DNA of 57,214 nucleotides from Candidatus Nomurabacteria bacterium GW2011_GWB1_43_19 (GTDB taxonomy: Bacteria; Patescibacteriota; Minisyncoccia; Phycocordibacterales; UBA9973), in the NCBI GenBank assembly GCA_000999465.1, contig LCGB01000001.1, positions 1 to 57,214 on the forward strand, given 5' to 3'. Within the stretch, counting starts at the first letter, position 1. Each line of letters begins with the position of its first letter. Below the pieces are notes generated by a model that was not told the origin of the DNA, searched no databases, and saw only the letters and a program-made list of their open reading frames with translations. The translations under genes were made by a program, and so were the position numbers. Shown piece after piece: positions 23,544 through 30,971 of the stretch.

Positions 23544-23705
23544 ATGGCAACGTCGTTGTCCGGAGGGGGGCAAGAAACCCCCCCACTGAAACCGCCGTCC
23601 AAATCGTGGACGGTGGCAAAGAGGGTTCTGCTCGTTGTTGCATTCGCGGCCCTCGCGGTCGCTGGGATCCTGGCTGGTGTGGCGATCTACGCGCTGGCTG
23701 GCTGA
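23544..23705 (+). CDS. Small single-TM protein (53 aa) encoded by an anomalously GC-rich mini-cassette
   Basis: AAGGAGG lies 4 nt before the ATG. The product is MATSLSGGGQETPPLKPPSKSWTVAKRVLLVVAFAALAVAGILAGVAIYALAG, followed by a strong terminator. Confidence 0.55.
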   Translation: MATSLSGGGQETPPLKPPSKSWTVAKRVLLVVAFAALAVAGILAGVAIYALAG

Positions 23706-23709
23706 TCAA

Positions 23710-23758
23710 GGGCGGGCGTCGGAAAGAATATCTTCCGACGACCCGCCCATCGCTTTTT
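23710..23758 (+). terminator. Intrinsic terminator
   Basis: GGGCGGGCGTCGGAAAG-AATAT-CTTCCGACGACCCGCCC followed by CGCTTTTT. Confidence 0.75.
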
Positions 23759-23806
23759 ATGGCAAAATTTTGCAAATAATTTTTATTTGGTATACGATAA
23801 GCACAC

Positions 23807-24556
23807 ATGATAACGATTTATATATATGCCTTCGTGAGCGTAATAATAGTAAGCATGGTTTCCCTGATAGGGGTCTTTTCCATTTCGCTCAAGGAAGAAG
23901 TTGTAAAAAAATATGTCAGTTTGTTTATCAGCCTGGCGGTCGGCGCGCTTTTGGGCGACGCGTTCATTCATTTAATTCCGGAGGCCTTTGAAAGTTCTTT
24001 TAGTCCGGCCGTTGTGGGTCTTTTGACAATATCCGGCATCCTTGTATTTTTTATAATAGAAAAATTCCTGCACTGGCACCACCACGGAGAAGACAAAGAA
24101 GAAACACAAATACACCCAGTGGGAAGATTGCTGCTTTTTACCGACGGTTTTCACAATCTGATAGACGGAGTAATCATCGGCGTTAGTTTTTTGGTCAGTA
24201 TTCCAATCGGAATTGCGACAACAATAGCAGTGGTTTTGCACGAAATTCCCCAGGAAATAGGGGATTTTGCGGTTCTGCTTCATTCCGGCTACGACAGAAA
24301 AAGGGCTTTGTGGCTGAATTTTTTTTCGGCATTGACAGCTATTTTGGGAGTGGCTATCGCTCTGTTATTCGGAGGATTGGCGGAGGCCTTTACCCTCTGG
24401 GTCCTGCCGATTGCCGCCGGAGGCTTTATTTATATCGCGGTTGCCGACTTGATTCCCGAGCTTCAGAAAACAAAAAAATTAAAATATTCCGCCTTGCAAT
24501 TTCTCATGGTCATCGCCGGAGTCCTGGCAATGCTGGCTTTGGTTTTAATTGAGTAA
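23807..24556 (+). CDS. ZIP-family divalent metal (zinc) transporter
   Basis: 249 aa, multi-TM, with HNLIDGVIIG and HEIPQEIGDFAVLLHSG, the ZupT-like signatures. Confidence 0.85.
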   Translation: MITIYIYAFVSVIIVSMVSLIGVFSISLKEEVVKKYVSLFISLAVGALLGDAFIHLIPEAFESSFSPAVVGLLTISGILVFFIIEKFLHWHHHGEDKEETQIHPVGRLLLFTDGFHNLIDGVIIGVSFLVSIPIGIATTIAVVLHEIPQEIGDFAVLLHSGYDRKRALWLNFFSALTAILGVAIALLFGGLAEAFTLWVLPIAAGGFIYIAVADLIPELQKTKKLKYSALQFLMVIAGVLAMLALVLIE

Positions 24557-24576
24557 AAAAAGAAGAAAGGGTTTTT

Positions 24577-25743
24577 TTACTGATGAGCCCAACTCCAATC
24601 GGCGCCGGGATTTCTGGCGCCAAAGACTTCAAAATGCAGATGCGGGCCGGTAGAGCGCCCGGTGGAACCCACGTAGCCGATTAGTTCTCCCCGTTCAACC
24701 CGCGCGCCGACTTTCGTCGCTATTCTGGACATATGCGCATAGAGAGTTTTGGTGCCGTTAGGATGCTGGATTGTAACCATGTTGCCATATCCACCATTAT
24801 ACCCGAGGCGAGCGAAGATTACCGTTCCGGGCGCCGAAGCCAGAATACGGGTTCCGGTCGGAGCCGCCAAATCAATCCCGCGCATGCCGGGACCGTGCAG
24901 ACCTTGGCTCTTTCGTTTAAATTCGGGAACCGGATTTATAAAATAGCCGGCAATATTTTTTAGCGTGCTTTGAATCGTGTTGCTTTTCTTCGGTGTGGAA
25001 CTCGGAATGTCGTCGGTCGGCATTTCGGCATCCGGAATTATCAGCTCGTCGCCGATGGCCAGCTTGGCGTCAGCGTCAATTCCGTTGAAACTGGTAATGG
25101 TCAGGGTATCTACTTTGTAGCGTTTGGCAATGTTTGCCAGAGTTTCACCTTTGACTACCGTGTGTTGGATGCCGGATATGGGTAATATAAGCAGAGTGTC
25201 GCCTTCGGCCAGCTTGTCGCTCTTTTTCATGTCATTCGCCCATAGAATCGTGTTAGTTGAAACGCCGAACATGTCAGCTATCTGGGAAACGGAGTCCCCC
25301 TTCCTGACAACATAGACACTCATGTCCTCAACGGTAAAATCAGGGGTGCCCTTGCCGTCAAATACGCCCATCGGGCCGGTTGCGGGCTGAAGAGAGGTGT
25401 CAGAAACAATATTGATGTTAAGATTAGTATCAATACTCTTGTCGGCACCCTCTTTTTTACTATTTTTAATATCTTTATCTTCCAGAATCAAGGCAGAAGA
25501 GACATTAGCCTGAAGGAGTGTGATATTTTGTAAATTATTGGCGGCCGGAACCGAATTTTCCGTTACAGGATCAGCGTTCTTGATATAGGCAGAGTCGCCA
25601 AAAACAGAAGAAAAAAAGCCTGCTTCCACCGTCCGTAGAGGCACAAAAAGGGTCCCAAACAACAGGAAAAAGGATAAGGCAGATCTCAATATTTTGCTAA
25701 CTGTTTTAGTTGGAGGTTTTATAAAACAAACTAAATATCGCAA
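24577..25743 (-). CDS. LysM-domain M23 (lysostaphin-type) peptidoglycan endopeptidase
   Basis: Three LysM-like repeats (YVVRKGDSVSQIA, HTVVKGETLANIA) plus M23 motifs GIDLAAPTGT and GPHLHFEV. The start is uncertain (TTG at 25743). Confidence 0.85.
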   Translation of the reverse strand: MRYLVCFIKPPTKTVSKILRSALSFFLLFGTLFVPLRTVEAGFFSSVFGDSAYIKNADPVTENSVPAANNLQNITLLQANVSSALILEDKDIKNSKKEGADKSIDTNLNINIVSDTSLQPATGPMGVFDGKGTPDFTVEDMSVYVVRKGDSVSQIADMFGVSTNTILWANDMKKSDKLAEGDTLLILPISGIQHTVVKGETLANIAKRYKVDTLTITSFNGIDADAKLAIGDELIIPDAEMPTDDIPSSTPKKSNTIQSTLKNIAGYFINPVPEFKRKSQGLHGPGMRGIDLAAPTGTRILASAPGTVIFARLGYNGGYGNMVTIQHPNGTKTLYAHMSRIATKVGARVERGELIGYVGSTGRSTGPHLHFEVFGARNPGADWSWAHQ

Positions 25744-26043
25744 GAGTTCCTTTTCTGCCCTTTTAAGACAAGGATAGAGTTACAGCACGACCAAAATAGC
25801 ACTGCAAACAAAGGTTCTCACGATGTTACTGTCGGTTCTTTCTTGTCAGTCAACTCATACCGTGCCTCTTTTCGGAACTTCCCATAGGATAGCCCAAAAA
25901 GGACCAATAGTCAATCCGACCGGAGCCATATGTGGAAAACTGTTTGGGCCTTGGAATTTGACGAAATAATAAAAAAGGTGTATAATAAAGGAATCTTTTG
26001 GTGAAAATTGGCAGTAAAAATATAAAAACTATATAATAAAAAC

Positions 26044-27948
26044 ATGACCGAACCTACATTGGAAGAAATACAAAAGAGGTTAGCCGCCGCAAAAGCCGAA
26101 CAGGAACGTTTAAACGAAGCCGAGAGTTTAAGGTTGGCGGAAAAATTTGCCGCGGAACGAACAGCAGCAAAGGCCGCTCTGGCTGAGTTGAGAAAAAAAG
26201 AAATAGAAGATGACAGAAAAAGTAACAGAAGGGCGGAAGCTGACGATTATCGGAGAATAAAAGAAGAACAGGGAAAACAGTGGGATTCTTTCGGCCAAAA
26301 AAGCGAGGGAACGGAAAAAGTTGTCGCAAAAATCCTTCCAAATAATCCGGACCATGTAACCCAAAAAGAAGCAGAAAAGGAAATTGAAAAACTTCCGGAA
26401 GCAGATAAAGAAAAGATTGGTTGGGGACTAAATACTATTGGCTTCAAGGTTGAAAAAATGAAAGACGACCTTCTGGTCGGCGCTCTTAATAAAGCGCTAA
26501 GGCTGAAAAAGATTGACAAAAAAGGAACTGCTGGGAGATTTTGTATAGAAGCGCGAGACTATTTTATACATCGTGGCGCAGAGGCTCTTAAAAAAGCCAA
26601 GGACCAAGGAGTTTTCGTTGATACTAAGCTTGGATTAAATATTAAAGGCAAAAGACGAGGATTGAATATCAGCGGTCAAACACAATATATAGTAGCAAAT
26701 ATCGGCGCTTTTTCTGGAAATGTTTTAAGATACGGAAGATTAGTAGCGGATGCAACCGGACTTTCGCCAAGTTCTATCCCGCGTGTTGTAATGGCGGCCG
26801 GAATGGCAACCGCCTTCGCGTCTGAATTAGGAAAAGAAGTGCGTCTGAAAAATGAGGAAGTTATAGAAAAAACTAGAATCGGGCGAAAAGATATGGCTAT
26901 GGTTGGAAAAAGTCATGAAGAACAAGTGGATTGGTATACTGGATTAAGCCTACAGGATCAACAGGACATAGAGAGGGCACAAGAAGAGGCTATGGCTATA
27001 TACAATAATGCCCTGATAAAAGAAGGTAAGACAGGAGGTGAAAAAGTTTCAAACGCCGAAGCATTAAAGGACGCATACTTAATGCAAATGCCGAAAGATT
27101 TGCAAAAGAGGCTTGAAAATCCAAGTACCACAAACAATTTCATTCAAAGGATAGTAAAAAACGACCTTATGGGTGCAATTTCTAGACTTAATAAAAACAT
27201 AGAAGCAATAGAAGGGGACCCAAAACTTTCAGTTGAACAAAAAGAAAGCCAAAAAGAGCAACTTGTAAAGAGACAAAGAAAAAGTTTGGAAGACTATGAC
27301 CGTATTATCACGCAATACGGCACTGTGGACGAACTTGCGATGGGTTTGCGTTACTCTCAGACTGCCGGAAAAGCCGTTGTAGGGGCATTACAAGTTGAAA
27401 CATTGATTTTGTCGGTAGAAAAAATATGGGGTGCATTATCGCATGCACTTTCCTCATCTGATGCTCCTGCCGATATTACTACCGGAGGACATATCACTGT
27501 ACCTGCGCCAGAATCTGCGCCTATGACAGAAGTCCCGGTTGCACCGTCTGCTGCGCCAGATGTTGCAGAAACTCCAGACACCACGCCACCTACTACACCT
27601 GAACCTGCCGGTGCTCAAATTCCTGTACCCGAACCTGCATTATTTTCCGGCGCACCTCGCAGAGATCCCTTTGTTCCACTTGTGTCTGAATCAACTCCGC
27701 CACCTACGCCAGACACTACACCAGAAGCAGTTGCTCCTGTTGTTCCTCCCGCCGAACTAACGCCCCCGCCTACACCTGAACCCTCCGCTCTCGGAACCGA
27801 AGTAGGCGCGGAAAAATTAACAATAACGTTTGATAAAAGGCAAGGGCGGGCTGCAAGGAGTCCGGGACTTAAGGGCGCAGTTACGGGCGCAGTATCCGGA
27901 CGTTTCCAAAGCACCCGAGTCAGTACAGGATTTCTTGAAAGGTCCTAA
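26044..27948 (+). CDS. Large hypothetical protein, N-terminal part (coiled coil, Pro/Thr-rich linker), probably interrupted by a frameshift
   Basis: 634-aa ORF whose last ~37 aa look like out-of-frame read-through. It overlaps the next ORF by 119 nt. Confidence 0.55.
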   Translation: MTEPTLEEIQKRLAAAKAEQERLNEAESLRLAEKFAAERTAAKAALAELRKKEIEDDRKSNRRAEADDYRRIKEEQGKQWDSFGQKSEGTEKVVAKILPNNPDHVTQKEAEKEIEKLPEADKEKIGWGLNTIGFKVEKMKDDLLVGALNKALRLKKIDKKGTAGRFCIEARDYFIHRGAEALKKAKDQGVFVDTKLGLNIKGKRRGLNISGQTQYIVANIGAFSGNVLRYGRLVADATGLSPSSIPRVVMAAGMATAFASELGKEVRLKNEEVIEKTRIGRKDMAMVGKSHEEQVDWYTGLSLQDQQDIERAQEEAMAIYNNALIKEGKTGGEKVSNAEALKDAYLMQMPKDLQKRLENPSTTNNFIQRIVKNDLMGAISRLNKNIEAIEGDPKLSVEQKESQKEQLVKRQRKSLEDYDRIITQYGTVDELAMGLRYSQTAGKAVVGALQVETLILSVEKIWGALSHALSSSDAPADITTGGHITVPAPESAPMTEVPVAPSAAPDVAETPDTTPPTTPEPAGAQIPVPEPALFSGAPRRDPFVPLVSESTPPPTPDTTPEAVAPVVPPAELTPPPTPEPSALGTEVGAEKLTITFDKRQGRAARSPGLKGAVTGAVSGRFQSTRVSTGFLERS

Positions 27949-28804
27949 TGCCATAGAAGCTGCAAAAGAATTCGGATTTTATGATCCAAATAATTCAGAC
28001 GAAAGCGCACTGATACGGGAAGGTTCAAGTTTGAGATATGATGAAAAACTTGATAAAATAGTATTTCATGATGCAGCTACGGGCCAAGATGTTGAAAAAT
28101 ATGGGGGAAAAATGTTTGACAGCGACAAAAGCGGAGTATTGAGCGAGAATGCAAAACCTTCGATCGCTTCCATCGCCACGGAAAAACCGGGTTCATCCTT
28201 TTACCATCCGAAGGGTCCGGCAAATGACCCTTGGCATAATGTAAAATTTGAACAAACCCATTCGGTTGAAACGCCGTCCGCCGTTGATTTGCCGACTGAA
28301 CATGAAATTATTCCGGAAGCCCCTGCCGCTGAAGAAGCAATCAGGGCAAGGATCGTGGCGGATATGGACTTGGAGCGCCAGCCCGTAGAAACCGTCTCAC
28401 CCCAGGGCGGGACCAGAATTGAAGTATCCGACCACATATTGCAAACCCATCCTGAATTTGCTCACAATCCTTTTCATCTTGACGACCAATCGTTAATAGA
28501 AGTATATAAAGTGAATGAAAACAATCTGAGACACATATTCCCGCCGGATACTTTGGAACACTGGAATACCTTAAAATTATTAAAGGCAAAAGATATTTTG
28601 GCAGATAAAAATTTTGCAGACGACTCTGGTTGGAGATTTATGGTTGGGCATCTGCGCAGATTACAGGAAGTAACCGGGCTTAAACCCAAGGGTGGGGGGT
28701 TGTTCCGAAGAGCCGAAACTCTGGAGAAATATATTATCCGCGCTTCACAAAAAGTAATGGCGACACAAGGCTCGCTTGACAGCATTACTCTCCTGCGAAG
28801 ATAA
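27830..28804 (+). CDS. Hypothetical protein, likely the C-terminal continuation of 26044-27948
   Basis: +1 frame with no ATG start (TTG at 27830). Removing one A from AAAA at 27835-27838 joins ...LTITFDK to GKGGLQGVRDL... Confidence 0.5.
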   Translation: MIKGKGGLQGVRDLRAQLRAQYPDVSKAPESVQDFLKGPNAIEAAKEFGFYDPNNSDESALIREGSSLRYDEKLDKIVFHDAATGQDVEKYGGKMFDSDKSGVLSENAKPSIASIATEKPGSSFYHPKGPANDPWHNVKFEQTHSVETPSAVDLPTEHEIIPEAPAAEEAIRARIVADMDLERQPVETVSPQGGTRIEVSDHILQTHPEFAHNPFHLDDQSLIEVYKVNENNLRHIFPPDTLEHWNTLKLLKAKDILADKNFADDSGWRFMVGHLRRLQEVTGLKPKGGGLFRRAETLEKYIIRASQKVMATQGSLDSITLLRR

Positions 28805-28883
28805 TACGACTTCCCATGCAAGCAAGCATGTTATACCCGCACACTTTTTTTTGATTTAAAATAGGTGTTGGGGTATATTTGGA

Positions 28884-30971
28884 GTGGTGACCGACAACGC
28901 ACATCACTTAAGCGGCTTAAATAACGAACAAAAGGAAGCGGCGCTTCATATGAAGGGTCCGCTTCTTATTGTGGCCGGCGCGGGCGCGGGAAAAACCAAA
29001 ACAATAACGCACCGAATTGTAAATCTAATCAAAAACGGGGTGGCGCCGGAGAAAATTTTGGCCGTAACTTTTACCAACAAGGCGGCCAAGGAAATGCGGG
29101 AGAGAATTGTCTCGGAAATAGAAAAGAACGCAAAAGGACAGGACAGAATTCCATTTATCAGCACTTTTCATTCTTTGGGGGTCCATATTATCAAGGAAAA
29201 TGCCCGGCTGCTCGGGCTGACCAAATATTTCACCATTTTGGACGAAGGGGATTCAACTTCAATGATAAAAGAAATAGAAAAAGAGCTCGGTCTGGACCTG
29301 AAACAATACGACCCGAAAAGGATAAAAAACATAATCGCGCGCGAGAAGGGAAAATTCACGCATCTGGCGGACTATGCGGAAAGAGAGAAGGGGACGCTGG
29401 GCAGAATCGTCAGCCAAATCTGGGGTCCGTATGAAAAAAGAAAAACAAAGGAGAACGCGCTTGATTTTGACGACTTGCTCCTGAAAACGACCAAACTGCT
29501 CCAAGACAATACGGAAATCAGAAAAATTTATCAGGAAAAATGGGAATACATTCACGTAGACGAATACCAGGACACCAACGAAGTGCAATATCTGATGTCC
29601 AAACTGCTTTCCGAGAACAACAAAAACATCTGCGTGGTCGGAGACGCCGATCAGAATATTTATTCCTGGCGCGGGGCAAATTTGAAAAATATTTTAAGTT
29701 TTGAAAAAGATTACCCGGACGCGAAAATAATTTTATTGGAGCAAAATTACCGGTCAACGAAAAATATTCTGGAAGCCGCGAATGTTGTTATTAAAAAAAA
29801 TATCTACCGACCGGACAAGAATCTGTTCACCAATAACCCGACCGGAGGAAAAATCGGATTGTATGAAGCCCTAGATGAAACCGACGAAGCGGATTTCGTC
29901 GCGGCAAAAATTTTAGAAACAGCCGAAGCCGTCCATGAAGGACAAAATGTTTTCGAGCGAAGCATTGCGCAGGCTGGCGAGCCGAGCATAGCAATTCGCC
30001 AGCAGGCGAATATGCGCGCTGAGTCCGAGAATATTTTGTCCGAAATAGCAGTTCTTTACCGCGCCAACTTCCAGTCGCGCGCGCTTGAGGAGGCGATGCT
30101 CCGGCACAACATTCCATACCAGGTTTTGGGAGTAAAATTTTTTGAAAGAAAAGAAATTAAAGACACTTTGGCCTATCTGCGCGCGGCGCTGAACCCGGAG
30201 AGTTTGTCCGACATAAAGAGAATAATCAATTTCCCGGCCCGGGGCATCGGCAAAGTGACCTTGGCGAAAATTTTCGCCAATGATACGGAAAATCTGCCAA
30301 TAAAAACAAAAATCAAAATTAATAATTTTTACGGAGTATTGGAAGAAATAAAAGAAAAAGTAAAAACAGAAAAAGCGAGCCGAGTAATAAAATTTGTGGT
30401 GAAACATTCCGGCATTGAACGGGAGCTTTCAGAAGGCACGGAAGAAGATACGGAAAGATTGGAGAATGTAAAAGAACTGGCAACTCTGGCGCTCAAATAT
30501 GACGACTTGGCAAATGGACTTGGTGTTGAAAGGCTTTTGGAGGACGCATCACTTGCTTCCGACCAAGATTCTTTGATAATAAATTCGGCCAGTTCCGTTA
30601 GAGGCCGCGAGGACCCGCAGCGTGCTCTTGCCTCTAACGGGGTGAAGTTAATGACAGTGCACGCTTCCAAGGGGCTTGAATTCAAATATGTTTTTGTTGC
30701 CGGCCTGGAAGACAGACTTTTCCCCCACGAGCGAAGAAATGAAGACAGCCCTGCCTCCGCCGGTGGCTACGGCGAGGCGCAGGAAGAGGAACGCCGGCTT
30801 TTCTATGTGGCGCTCACGCGCGCAAAAGAAAAGTTGTTTTTGTCTTTTGCCAACTTCCGCACCATTTTCGGAGCGCGCAACATAAATGCTCCCTCGGAAT
30901 TTATTAACGACATCCCTGCAGGCCTGTTAGAAAAAGAAGGCGAGCATGGAGTAAAAACAATTTATATATGA
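28884..30971 (+). CDS. pcrA: UvrD/PcrA-family ATP-dependent DNA helicase
   Basis: GTG start, 695 aa, with AGAGAGKTKTI, VDEYQDTN, VGDADQNIYSWRGA, QNYRST, VHASKGLEF and YVALTRA. Confidence 0.9.
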   Translation: MVTDNAHHLSGLNNEQKEAALHMKGPLLIVAGAGAGKTKTITHRIVNLIKNGVAPEKILAVTFTNKAAKEMRERIVSEIEKNAKGQDRIPFISTFHSLGVHIIKENARLLGLTKYFTILDEGDSTSMIKEIEKELGLDLKQYDPKRIKNIIAREKGKFTHLADYAEREKGTLGRIVSQIWGPYEKRKTKENALDFDDLLLKTTKLLQDNTEIRKIYQEKWEYIHVDEYQDTNEVQYLMSKLLSENNKNICVVGDADQNIYSWRGANLKNILSFEKDYPDAKIILLEQNYRSTKNILEAANVVIKKNIYRPDKNLFTNNPTGGKIGLYEALDETDEADFVAAKILETAEAVHEGQNVFERSIAQAGEPSIAIRQQANMRAESENILSEIAVLYRANFQSRALEEAMLRHNIPYQVLGVKFFERKEIKDTLAYLRAALNPESLSDIKRIINFPARGIGKVTLAKIFANDTENLPIKTKIKINNFYGVLEEIKEKVKTEKASRVIKFVVKHSGIERELSEGTEEDTERLENVKELATLALKYDDLANGLGVERLLEDASLASDQDSLIINSASSVRGREDPQRALASNGVKLMTVHASKGLEFKYVFVAGLEDRLFPHERRNEDSPASAGGYGEAQEEERRLFYVALTRAKEKLFLSFANFRTIFGARNINAPSEFINDIPAGLLEKEGEHGVKTIYI
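29940..30041. repeat. ~100-nt imperfect palindrome inside pcrA
   Basis: Outer arms GGACAAAATGTTTTCG / CGAGAATATTTTGTCC and inner arms GCTGGCGA / TCGCCAGC. It encodes an extra ~35 aa before the conserved IAVLYRANFQSR. Confidence 0.6.
30595..30640. repeat. 46-nt hairpin insertion inside pcrA (CCGTTAGA termini)
   Basis: CCGTTAGAGGC - 24 nt - GCCTCTAACGG (perfect 11-bp arms). It encodes SVRGREDPQRALASNG just before LMTVHASKG. Confidence 0.65.

Noticed and set aside
23635-23991. ORFs 23635-23991 (+), 23512-23808 (-) and 23783-23971 (-) around the small GC-rich cassette and the ZIP gene start.
   Set aside because: They overlap the terminator hairpin or the ZIP transporter start. Their Arg/Pro/Gly-rich translations are typical of GC-rich off-frames.
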